Positions 18,418-27,122 of a stretch of DNA of 64,000 nt are shown here, one piece after another. The notes under the pieces are model-generated. The model ran no database searches. It was not told the DNA's origin and worked only from the letters and a program-made list of their open reading frames with translations. Made by a program: the position numbers and the translations under genes. Every line of letters begins with the position of its first letter. The first letter of the stretch is position 1. The stretch comes from Candidatus Woesearchaeota archaeon (GTDB taxonomy: Archaea; Nanobdellota; Nanobdellia; Woesearchaeales; GW2011-AR9): contig JACPIK010000002.1 of the NCBI GenBank assembly GCA_016188115.1, positions 680,077 through 744,076 on the forward strand. Reading direction: 5' to 3'.

Positions 18418-19926
18418 ATGAAGAACCTCAAAGGATTGTTGCTTTTACTTTCATTCTTACTTATTGCAATCCAGATTATCCAGCTAAGTGTTGTCTTTAG
18501 TATAACTGGCGCAGTAACGGGTGGCACAGCAACAGTAGGATTATGCTACAATCACCAGCCTTCATTTTACAATCTTACGAATTATACCCTCCCCCATAAT
18601 GTTGCATTTAACTCAACCATTTATGCTAATGAAAGCGACAGCGATGCAGTTGCTTTTTTTGATAATACCAGCCTCTTTTTAATAAACAACAATACTGGCG
18701 TATTCTCATTCATACCCTCAATTTTAAATGTAGGCAACCACAGCATAGATATCACCATTCGTGACTATAATAGTTCCTGCGCATCGAATGTAAGCGAAAT
18801 ATTGCTTCTTACTATTAACAACTCGATCCCCTACCAAAATAGAACCATCCCTAATCAAACGTGGGAAGAAGATGTCACCCTCACCGGCATCAATCTTACC
18901 ACCTATTTTGCCGACTACGAAAACGACACACTTAATTTTACTGCCCAAATTGGACACAATATCACAGTAACTATTTCTAATTTTACGGTCACCATCGTTC
19001 CGAATACAGATTATTATGGCATAACCTGGATCGTGTTTAGAGCAAATGACAGCTTAGGAACTGCAACCTCAAATAATGTCACACTCAACATCACTGACGT
19101 AGCAGATTTTTGCGGAGATGCAGTGTGTAATGCAGATGAAAGTTGTTCATCATGTTCTGCTGATTGTGGCAGCTGTGGAGGATCAGGCAGTAGCGGAGGA
19201 GGAGGGGGCAGAGGATCGGGAGGAGCAGCAAGCCCGCGAGTAATAGAAGTGATACCACCAACCCCACCGCAAACAGAATGCAACCCATCTAAAAAGTGCG
19301 GAAATTGGGAACCAGCTTCATGCACAACCCAACCCCAAGAACGCAGTTGTATCGAAATTAAACCAAGCTGCACTGCTATTAAAACCATTGAAACCAGATC
19401 TTGTAATTGTATCCCTGACTGGCAGTGTTCAACGTGGGTTCCTGAACAATGTAACGCTTATCAAACACAACATAGAACCTGTGTAGATCGAAATGACTGT
19501 AACAAAGAACCATATCCTGATGACTCACAAAGCTGTGCTTCAGAATCAACCTACGCAGATTCCCAAGAAGCATTGATAGGACAAGCCATGTGGAGCAACC
19601 TTAAAAATAAAATTGGAAGCCTTACCAGAACAACCCCACTTCTACTCACCATAGTAATTATCTTTTGTGGAATCGGCGGACTCTGGATATGGCACCAACA
19701 CAAACCAAAAATTGCCTTTTGGAAATGTGTAGACACTAAAGAGATAGATACATCAAAATTTATCAGCAAATTCACAAAAGAACAATTAATTGAAATTACA
19801 TCAGAACAAGAAATAAAAATTGATACCTACGTTGAAGCAACCCGCAACAATAAAGTGAAAATACACATCCAAGCGCGTATCAAGGATCATAAAAACAATA
19901 AAACGTCTATTCAACGAGTAGAATAA
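18418..19926 (+). CDS. Surface protein with signal peptide, Cys-rich and Gly/Ser-rich segments, C-terminal TM
   Basis: Signal/TM LLLLLSFLLIAIQII. Dense N-x-S/T sequons. DFCGDAVCNADESCSSCSADCGSCGGSGSSGGGGGRGSGG linker. Cys-rich region CNPSKKCGNWEPASC... TM LLLTIVIIFCGIGGLWIW plus a cytoplasmic tail. Confidence 0.5.
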   Translation: MKNLKGLLLLLSFLLIAIQIIQLSVVFSITGAVTGGTATVGLCYNHQPSFYNLTNYTLPHNVAFNSTIYANESDSDAVAFFDNTSLFLINNNTGVFSFIPSILNVGNHSIDITIRDYNSSCASNVSEILLLTINNSIPYQNRTIPNQTWEEDVTLTGINLTTYFADYENDTLNFTAQIGHNITVTISNFTVTIVPNTDYYGITWIVFRANDSLGTATSNNVTLNITDVADFCGDAVCNADESCSSCSADCGSCGGSGSSGGGGGRGSGGAASPRVIEVIPPTPPQTECNPSKKCGNWEPASCTTQPQERSCIEIKPSCTAIKTIETRSCNCIPDWQCSTWVPEQCNAYQTQHRTCVDRNDCNKEPYPDDSQSCASESTYADSQEALIGQAMWSNLKNKIGSLTRTTPLLLTIVIIFCGIGGLWIWHQHKPKIAFWKCVDTKEIDTSKFISKFTKEQLIEITSEQEIKIDTYVEATRNNKVKIHIQARIKDHKNNKTSIQRVE

Positions 19927-20291
19927 AGATAAACAACATTTCTTGCAAAGAATCTAGAGAATAATAGTGAATCGTATAAATCATAGCCCATAATACAAAT
20001 CAAACAAAAATGACGAAATCACTCAAAAATAAGACAGAGGTACCCCACACGTTCCACATCGGCATGGTCAGACCCTATAATTTGACAACAGCACGACAAT
20101 AATGACATCGCACTGCATGAAGACCAGCAAAACGAAACGACGTGAACGTTTGCTTACACCCTGGACAATTGGTTGTCTGATGTTGCATGTATCCCCCGAT
20201 AGATTAGTAGAGGTATATGTTGTTTATAAGTTTTATGAAAAGTCCAGCCTGAAGAAAAATCAAGAAAAGGGGAGTGTGAACAGGAAGGAAA

Positions 20292-20314
20292 AGAGAGAGA
20301 GAGAGAGAGAGAGA
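20292..20314. repeat. (GA)n dinucleotide microsatellite, about 11.5 units
   Basis: agagagagagagagagagagaga in an intergenic region. The track ORF 20102..20422 reading it as RERERE is probably not coding. Confidence 0.85.
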
Positions 20315-20434
20315 AATATAACCCATGGATTTACTTTTGATCCCCTCATTCATAAAAAAGCAAAGTTACAATTTATTTATGAGATTTTAGTATTTAAAAC
20401 AAAACATAAGAAAAAAGTCTAAAAAACAAAAAAA

Positions 20435-20842
20435 TTAATTTCGTGCAAGTTTCCAAATAACTTTCATACCCACAATAATTGCGCCAGGTACAACAAAAAC
20501 GACAATGTTACTCAACACGGAACGCAAAATGTTCCCTAAATTTGGCCATAAACCAAAGAGAGTAAACAATTGAAGATTAACAATTCCTGCAAGCATTAAT
20601 GCCACTGCCGCAACTAAAAATGGAGTAGTTTCTTTTGCTGTAAGATTAAACAAACCAACTATCAAACCAAGCAAGACAAGTGTTGAAACCAGCATTTCGG
20701 GCGGTAATTTTGTACGAAAGAACACACCTACAAGGATACAAACAACAATTCCTGCAAAAAAAGTATAGTGAGCAAGGCGGTGAAGCTCTACACCCCACAG
20801 CAATCGAGGAGAAGCATCAGCTGACCTCTTTTTAGCAACCAT
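20435..20842 (-). CDS. Small polytopic membrane protein (about 4 TM), unknown function
   Basis: Four hydrophobic helices. The probable start is MVAKKRS, internal to the track ORF. Confidence 0.4.
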   Translation of the reverse strand: MVAKKRSADASPRLLWGVELHRLAHYTFFAGIVVCILVGVFFRTKLPPEMLVSTLVLLGLIVGLFNLTAKETTPFLVAAVALMLAGIVNLQLFTLFGLWPNLGNILRSVLSNIVVFVVPGAIIVGMKVIWKLARN

Positions 20843-20985
20843 GATAATATCACCTCTTAGTGTCTCAAATGATGATGTTTTGGTATATAAATCATTCGGT
20901 CTCACGAGGATAACCAAACCTAAAATCACTATTCTAAGAATGAATCAAACACAAAGGATTTAAAGAAACAAAGCAAAAACGAAAT

Positions 20986-21249
20986 ATGCAGATTCAATTC
21001 ACACTCGAAAAATGCAAGACCAAAGCAACGTATTCTGCAAAACTCTCAAAACCCCAAACACTCAATCTCAAAACCATCCAAACACAATTTGAAACTATTC
21101 TTGAAACCCCCATCTTACTTGTGATCAAGATTAATTCCATCGAAATCATTGTACATGGATACGGCGAGCTGCTTTTCAAAAGTGGAGAAGACCAAGAATG
21201 GATGAAAACTATCGCCAAAAAAATTTACGAAGCAGGATTAACAAAATGA
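20986..21249 (+). CDS. Hypothetical protein
   Basis: ORF only. First gene of a three-gene ATGA-overlapped set. Confidence 0.3.
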   Translation: MQIQFTLEKCKTKATYSAKLSKPQTLNLKTIQTQFETILETPILLVIKINSIEIIVHGYGELLFKSGEDQEWMKTIAKKIYEAGLTK

Positions 21250-21524
21250 ACGAGCAAACACTAATTGATCCATTAGACATGACACCTCCATTTTTACGCT
21301 ATTATGCTTATGATAGAGGAGACTTAGTATATATTGCATTAATCCAACGTGGTGAAGGAAACCCTCATGTAATAGCGAGTCCAGGTTCAAACGGGTTAGA
21401 CGTAATTGCACATTATATTCAGACACAAGGAGATGGTCTTCGTATTCTCAATGGTCCAGCAAACTTTCAAAGTGGTTATAGACGACTAACCAGCGAAGAA
21501 TTGACACGGATGCAACAAAGATGA
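21246..21524 (+). CDS. Hypothetical protein
   Basis: The MNEQTLIDPL start overlaps the upstream stop (ATGA). The track ORF starts earlier at 21198. Confidence 0.3.
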   Translation: MNEQTLIDPLDMTPPFLRYYAYDRGDLVYIALIQRGEGNPHVIASPGSNGLDVIAHYIQTQGDGLRILNGPANFQSGYRRLTSEELTRMQQR

Positions 21525-21925
21525 GAGTCGTTGGCTGTTTTGTGGAGTACGCAGGAAAATTTCTTATTTTAAAACGCGGCGACACCGTCCACCAACCAGG
21601 AGCATGGTGTTTGCCGGCAGGCAAAATTGAAGCAGGTGAAACTGATCTTACTGCAATTATGAGAGAATTGAATGAAGAAATAGGATATAAAACTACACCC
21701 AAAGAGATTGAATTTCTCAAAATCCATGATATTGATCTTGATTGGGGACATCTGACTTTTCCGACATTTCGTATTAAATTAAATCACCCAATATCGGTTC
21801 AGCTTAATTCACGAGAACATAGCGCATATCTTTGGGTAACAGCAAAAGAATGCTATGAAAAGAAAGATTTGGTGAGTGGATTTTGGGAACTCTTAGAATT
21901 TATAGGATATGTAAAGAAAAATTGA
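21521..21925 (+). CDS. Nudix hydrolase
   Basis: Nudix box GKIEAGETDLTAIMRELNEEIGY (Gx5Ex7REuxEExGu). The start overlaps the upstream stop (ATGA). Confidence 0.75.
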   Translation: MRVVGCFVEYAGKFLILKRGDTVHQPGAWCLPAGKIEAGETDLTAIMRELNEEIGYKTTPKEIEFLKIHDIDLDWGHLTFPTFRIKLNHPISVQLNSREHSAYLWVTAKECYEKKDLVSGFWELLEFIGYVKKN

Positions 21926-21948
21926 TCTTTATTTAAAATAAAAAAAAG

Positions 21949-22098
21949 CGTCCCGGACGTGACTTTCCTAACCTCTTGACTTAACGGTTTTGGTCAAGCT
22001 TTTCCAAAAGGTTGATTTGAACACGTGACCTGACGGTCTCTTTTCACAGATACTGTGAGTAACAGCCGTCCGCTCTAACCGGGCTGAGCCACCGGGAC
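21949..22098 (-). tRNA. tRNA-Asn (anticodon GTT) with two introns (canonical 37/38 and T-loop)
   Basis: Hand-folded. Acceptor GTCCCGG/CCGGGAC, D-arm GCTC-AGCCCGGTTA-GAGC, anticodon arm GACGG-CTGTTAA-CCGTC interrupted by about 22 nt (plus 22038..22059), variable loop AGGTC, T-arm ACGTG-TTCAAAT-...-CACGT interrupted by about 53 nt (plus 21962..22014). The discriminator is G. A T8 run follows the 3' end. The mature length is 75 nt. Confidence 0.7.
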
Positions 22099-22186
22099 AC
22101 CAAAACGCAAGTACTGTAATCGATTTATAAAGATTTCTGCGTCCGCAAGCAATTTGTTCAAAGCCTTTAAAAAAGCTAGATGAAAA

Positions 22187-22522
22187 ATGAGAAGAATGAA
22201 TACTGATTCCACAATAGACCAATATGTTCGTATACGAACAGAAGGACTGTTCATATCTGATATGGTCTCAATTTACCGCCAAAGCAGAGCATTTTTAGAA
22301 ACAACCCCTGGACCATCCCCTAAAAAGCCAGAATATTTTTTTGTTCCATCGCCAGGCGATTATGTAACAAGTATGACACGAAATGAATTTGTAGCAGTAG
22401 CAAAACAAGAATTTCGCGATCTAACTTCTCCTACTTTACCTAGAGAGATAGCAGGAATGGGTGCCGAAGCAATGCTTGGATTTCAAATTGTTCTCAAACA
22501 ATATGATCTTGAAACAAAATAA
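22187..22522 (+). CDS. Hypothetical protein
   Basis: ORF only. Confidence 0.3.
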   Translation: MRRMNTDSTIDQYVRIRTEGLFISDMVSIYRQSRAFLETTPGPSPKKPEYFFVPSPGDYVTSMTRNEFVAVAKQEFRDLTSPTLPREIAGMGAEAMLGFQIVLKQYDLETK

Positions 22523-22524
22523 AC

Positions 22525-22818
22525 TCATTTAGCTCTTGCCTTCGCATTATATTCTTTTTGTTTCTGCTGATGATACGTGCAAAACACAATTCCTTCCACT
22601 CTTGGTTTCTTGCACCTCACACACGTTCCCGATTTTTGCCGTTGATAATACGCTGATTTTCTCTCTTTTTTAAGACGCATTGAATTCTCATGATAAAATT
22701 TGAGAAAACGATTCTTATACTCTGGTTCTTTATTGCCAGTTACCGTCGCTTTTAATTTATTGAATAATTTTCGTAACATCATTTCACCTCTGACAAACCG
22801 AACAATACGTCGTTCCAC
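22525..22818 (-). CDS. Small basic zinc-ribbon protein, unknown function
   Basis: CVRCKK...CTYH motif. Lys/Arg-rich. The 5' end overlaps the 3' end of fpg by about 35 nt. Confidence 0.3.
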   Translation of the reverse strand: MERRIVRFVRGEMMLRKLFNKLKATVTGNKEPEYKNRFLKFYHENSMRLKKERKSAYYQRQKSGTCVRCKKPRVEGIVFCTYHQQKQKEYNAKARAK

Positions 22819-23587
22819 GCCCGCCTATTTTAACACTTTCCATAGTATGCCCTTTTGGACATTTTTCTTTTTGATACACAGCCAAATATCCAGCAAAATC
22901 ACCTTTTCCATCAAGGTGTCGATAATTAGATACTGTCGTACCATTCTTTTGTATCGCCAGCCGTAAGATTCGCACCAATTGATGGTGCAATAGTTTCAAT
23001 TTTGGTAATGACACTTCACCAATCTTATGCAAAGGATTAATACCTGCATGATACAACGCTTCTTGCGCATAGATATTACCTATTCCTGCAATGCAGGATT
23101 GATCTAGCAATTTTGTTTTGATATTTGCCGTAGGATACTCTTGCAACAATTCACAAAACTTCCTCACCGACACATCAAATGGATCTGGACCAAGACGATG
23201 TAATAATTCATCATATTCAGGTAATGTCAACGGTTCAACACGACCAAAACGGCGAATCTCATTAAACGTCATCGCTGATCCATCTTGAAAACGAAATAAT
23301 CCCGCGCGATACTCCTGTGAAAGATGACCTTGTTCTTGTACACCCCGCACCAAATAATGAAAATGTCCCGTCATGCGTAAATGGACCATCATCATAAATT
23401 GTTTATTCGTTTCGAGGAAAATATACTTTCCTCGACGTGTAATTGCCTTGATTGTAAATGGAACATATTTCAATAATCCTGATGAAACCACCTTCCGATC
23501 TGTAATCACAAGGTCTACTACTTTTTTCCCTACAATACGAGGTCGCAGCTTTCGCACCACCGTTTCCACTTCAGGTAATTCTGGCAT
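22784..23587 (-). CDS. fpg: Formamidopyrimidine-DNA glycosylase / endonuclease VIII (Fpg/Nei family)
   Basis: The N-terminus MPELPEVE (catalytic Pro2/Glu3), an H2TH region and a C-terminal zinc-finger-like CPKGH...CSVCQ. Confidence 0.85.
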   Translation of the reverse strand: MPELPEVETVVRKLRPRIVGKKVVDLVITDRKVVSSGLLKYVPFTIKAITRRGKYIFLETNKQFMMMVHLRMTGHFHYLVRGVQEQGHLSQEYRAGLFRFQDGSAMTFNEIRRFGRVEPLTLPEYDELLHRLGPDPFDVSVRKFCELLQEYPTANIKTKLLDQSCIAGIGNIYAQEALYHAGINPLHKIGEVSLPKLKLLHHQLVRILRLAIQKNGTTVSNYRHLDGKGDFAGYLAVYQKEKCPKGHTMESVKIGGRGTTYCSVCQR

Positions 23588-23634
23588 GAGATTAACCGCC
23601 TATTTTCATTCTAGTCCCACTATTTTAGCCACAC

Positions 23635-26568
23635 CTAATCAAATTGGTTTTTCCAAGCAGCATAGCGAGCATAAATTGGACCGACATACACTAGTTCCAT
23701 ATAATCGCCATTTCCGATTTGTTTTCCTTTATAGGTTCTCACTCTAACATTCATCGCACTCTTAACCGCAGACCACGTTTTTTGACCCTGTGCAATACGA
23801 ATGTATCCATTTACCGCACCAGGACCATCATGATACGCTAAAATTGCTAATTTAATTTGATCTTCCAGTGCAGCGCCTTGATAATTTTGCAAAAGATTAG
23901 CGAATAATTTTGCTTGAGCTTGTATTGAAAGTTCAGGATTAAATCGCGCATCATTTTGTGGAGTGCACATATAGGTACCCTCTTTCCAGACCCTACCCCA
24001 TCTCGCAACTTCATTCATACATCCTTGCCTAGTTTCTTTCTCATTCGGTTCTAAATTTCCACAACACATAACAACTTGATTTGCCCCAAAATAGCTCTTG
24101 GCAGTTTTATAAGTAAATTGAGCCAGCCCAACTGCTCCCGCAGTACTAACTGCCCGAGTGCTAAATCCTGATTCTTTTGAAGTAACTGCTTTAAGTAAAG
24201 AAGGAGGCACATTATGTTCTTCACCATATTTTTTAAACCAAGTATCATATTTTTCTACATTATCCTCGGGAATATCAAAAATAGGTTTTGGACCATCATC
24301 TTCGTCAGCAACACTTGCCACAACAGGAGCAGGATACAATACTGCCCACGGCACAAAGCCAACACCAGTTTGATAGACATATTCCCCCGCAAGAATAAAC
24401 GGCGAAACTCGCCTCCACGCTTTATCAATATTTTTGACTGATTCAGAATACATCTCTGAAATCGCTTTGGTTGTCTCAGGAGCTGACTCACCACGCGGTT
24501 TAACAGACCCATAACCTTCTGAGCTAGGATCAAATGGTTCATCATCTGCAGGAGGAGTTAGATACTCTTGATAGAGCAGCGCATATATTGCTCTTGCCCA
24601 AAGTTTTCCACCAAGCCCGCCTTGTCCAGTATAATGGATTCCATCTCCTCCCGTATATTGAACAGCATCCGTAAGAGTATTAGCATCAATAAAACGACAA
24701 CGAGATTCGACAAGAACTTTAAGAGCTCGATTGATTCCCAACGTATCTACTTTTCTATTAGTTGAAGCTGGCGCGCCTACCCATACACATTTTTTACCTG
24801 ATGAAACAACCTTCTCTACCAGCGAGTTAATATTTGCTGCTTGATTATTAACTCCCTGTGCAGTCAAAAAGTTTGTTCCTAAAGAGATTATAACCATTTC
24901 GGGATTAAATGCAGACAATTGATTTTCAAAATTAAATGGAGTCTGAATAAGATTGCTTGGTGTCTGGCTACCAACCAAGACTAATGATCCTGCCGGATTC
25001 GGTCCAGTTGGTTTCCCCCCACTATCTCGCTTTTCATTACACACTTTATAATTTACTTTATCAAAATTACTTGCAGCTGCCCCTCCACACGCATACGTTT
25101 GAGCTGCAACATTTTTTTGAATTAGTAATCTGTGTAACTCTTTTCCATACGCACCAACAGAATGAGAATCGCCAATGTGCAGTACACTTGAAGGACCAGC
25201 AATCGAAGAACCACTGTATTGTGACATATCCTCTTCTAAAGGATTCGCATTCTTTGCCAGCCAGTCATCAACGCACTCTTGATCATCTGGATCGCAGATA
25301 TCGGCAAGATATGCTTCAGTTTCACTACTAGTAGCAGCGATCGTTTCCTCAGTGTATATATCTTGTATCATTTCACGATAAATCGCCTTACAATAATAAT
25401 ATCCCCCACAAGCATAGTCATCACAATCAACACCACCATCCCCATTATCATCAACACCATTAGTACAATCTTCTACACCATCTTGACTCGAAGATCCTTC
25501 ATCTGAATCCGAAAAGAGACCTGAGTTTAACTGACGATAAATTGCTTTACAATAATCATCTTCACGACAAGCATAATCCTCACAATCAACACTGCCATCC
25601 TCATTATCATCAGCATTATTAGTACAATCTTCCACAGGGATCTCTTCTTCAGTAGGCTCAGCAAGACCTCCCGTCTCTTCATCAACTGCCCCATCCCCCG
25701 CAGCAGCAGCAACAGGATGTACTGCCGGAGCAGAAGTAGGAGAAGAAGGTTCATCAGGAACTAATTCAATTGTATAAGTAAGATCAGAACCACTATTTGC
25801 ATCCGTTGCCGTAGCACCCGCTGGTACATCATTACGTGCATACATCTCATCAGTCGCTGGAGCAGGAGCAGAAGTTGATTCATCAGAAGGATCTAATAAA
25901 ACGTCAATCGTGCCATCTGGATTTACCCGAGCACCATTATTGAAACCTTCCTCACCAGCAGAATCAGCAGGAACAGAAGGATCAGCCCGACACAATAATG
26001 CGCCATTACGAAAAACATTCTCATCAGCAGTATAAAGAACATATAGCCCTTTCACCATGTGTGTACGTGAATCATAAAACCCACTAATTCCGCGAACTTG
26101 AATCGATTGAGTACGAAGATCACAAGTAAATTTATGTTCAGTATAAGCTTGTGGTAGCGTTGATTGGATAGGTACACTAGGAGTTTCGCCACATACCGCA
26201 GCAACTGAAACAATCCCTTCAACCCCATTCTTAGTCGCAGCAATAGCACTAAGACCATTCATAAATCTACCAGCACATCCAGAATCACGTAATACCAATT
26301 CCTCATTACCAATTATAACATTAGATTGATCCTGACAAAATAAACCTAAAGCATCAATAAAACCTGATCGATCTACACTTGCTTGAATCCCCAACGCTGC
26401 TTGTCCATCAGGACAAAGTAATGTAAACGGTTGACCTACCATACTTCCAAGAAGACGACTGCCTGTCTCCAAAAATCGAACATCATTCTCTGCCAAACCA
26501 CCCACTACTAAGATTAACAGTGTAAATAAAACCAAAAATCCAAACCGTTTCATTCCAACACGTTTCAT
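23635..26568 (-). CDS. Secreted multi-domain hydrolase: signal peptide, N-terminal beta-rich domain, Cys/Asp-rich Ca-binding-like repeats, SGNH/GDSL esterase domain, C-terminal family-1 lytic transglycosylase (SLT, GH23) domain
   Basis: Signal FGFLVLFTLLILVVGG. Two copies of EDCTN..DDN.DG.VDC.DYAC...YYCKAIYR. SGNH blocks VLHIGDSHSVG, IISLGTNF, GGDGIHYT. SLT catalytic motif ESGFSTRAVSTAGAVGLAQF and AYHDGPG. Last gene of a four-gene overlapped operon. Confidence 0.7.
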   Translation of the reverse strand: MKRVGMKRFGFLVLFTLLILVVGGLAENDVRFLETGSRLLGSMVGQPFTLLCPDGQAALGIQASVDRSGFIDALGLFCQDQSNVIIGNEELVLRDSGCAGRFMNGLSAIAATKNGVEGIVSVAAVCGETPSVPIQSTLPQAYTEHKFTCDLRTQSIQVRGISGFYDSRTHMVKGLYVLYTADENVFRNGALLCRADPSVPADSAGEEGFNNGARVNPDGTIDVLLDPSDESTSAPAPATDEMYARNDVPAGATATDANSGSDLTYTIELVPDEPSSPTSAPAVHPVAAAAGDGAVDEETGGLAEPTEEEIPVEDCTNNADDNEDGSVDCEDYACREDDYCKAIYRQLNSGLFSDSDEGSSSQDGVEDCTNGVDDNGDGGVDCDDYACGGYYYCKAIYREMIQDIYTEETIAATSSETEAYLADICDPDDQECVDDWLAKNANPLEEDMSQYSGSSIAGPSSVLHIGDSHSVGAYGKELHRLLIQKNVAAQTYACGGAAASNFDKVNYKVCNEKRDSGGKPTGPNPAGSLVLVGSQTPSNLIQTPFNFENQLSAFNPEMVIISLGTNFLTAQGVNNQAANINSLVEKVVSSGKKCVWVGAPASTNRKVDTLGINRALKVLVESRCRFIDANTLTDAVQYTGGDGIHYTGQGGLGGKLWARAIYALLYQEYLTPPADDEPFDPSSEGYGSVKPRGESAPETTKAISEMYSESVKNIDKAWRRVSPFILAGEYVYQTGVGFVPWAVLYPAPVVASVADEDDGPKPIFDIPEDNVEKYDTWFKKYGEEHNVPPSLLKAVTSKESGFSTRAVSTAGAVGLAQFTYKTAKSYFGANQVVMCCGNLEPNEKETRQGCMNEVARWGRVWKEGTYMCTPQNDARFNPELSIQAQAKLFANLLQNYQGAALEDQIKLAILAYHDGPGAVNGYIRIAQGQKTWSAVKSAMNVRVRTYKGKQIGNGDYMELVYVGPIYARYAAWKNQFD

Positions 26569-27122
26569 TCGACCCTAAACCTCTTGACTAATGAAATTCG
26601 CTTATCTAATAACGGATTTTCCACCATGATTTCTACTTGATATTCACCCAGATCAGGATTATCTCCAAGCGTAAAATAATCTGCAAACGCCGCAGGTTCA
26701 TTTTCTTTTGTAGATTCGTGTTCTAACAGATAGGAATTTTTCTCTTCCAAATTAAGAATAATATTGCCCTGAGGATTAACAATGCGATAATTTCGCACTA
26801 ACATGATTTGATTATCATATGTACTACTCTGCACTAAGAACCGTAAATAGATTTCATCGCCTTTTGCAAACACATCGGTTTTTTGATAACAATTAAACTT
26901 CACATCAACATACTTGCAAAAATCAAACTGACGAATCTGAAGGTCACCGCCGCGACCTAAAGGAATAAATTCTGTATTAAGAAGACTAACCTGTTGCGCT
27001 TGATCTGAACTTTCCTCAAATGCACCAACATAAATTAACAGTAACATGATCCCTGTTGTAATCGCCGCAACAATCGCAATCACCGCCACTTGTACCAGAA
27101 CTGAACCTTTGTTGGAGATCAT
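26565..27122 (-). CDS. Small N-terminally membrane-anchored extracellular protein (operon member)
   Basis: TM VLVQVAVIAIVAAITTGIMLLLIYV. Start and stop overlap the flanking genes by 4 nt each. Confidence 0.45.
   Translation of the reverse strand: MISNKGSVLVQVAVIAIVAAITTGIMLLLIYVGAFEESSDQAQQVSLLNTEFIPLGRGGDLQIRQFDFCKYVDVKFNCYQKTDVFAKGDEIYLRFLVQSSTYDNQIMLVRNYRIVNPQGNIILNLEEKNSYLLEHESTKENEPAAFADYFTLGDNPDLGEYQVEIMVENPLLDKRISLVKRFRVE

Noticed and set aside
20102-20422. 106-aa ORF spanning the (GA)n repeat
   Set aside because: The reading frame is created by the microsatellite (RERERERE) in an intergenic region, and there is no supporting signal.
21968-22222. 84-aa ORF across the tRNA-Asn locus, and 36481..36690 / 59954..60157 ORFs across tRNA-Leu and tRNA-Val
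   Set aside because: They overlap well-folded tRNA genes and are spurious.
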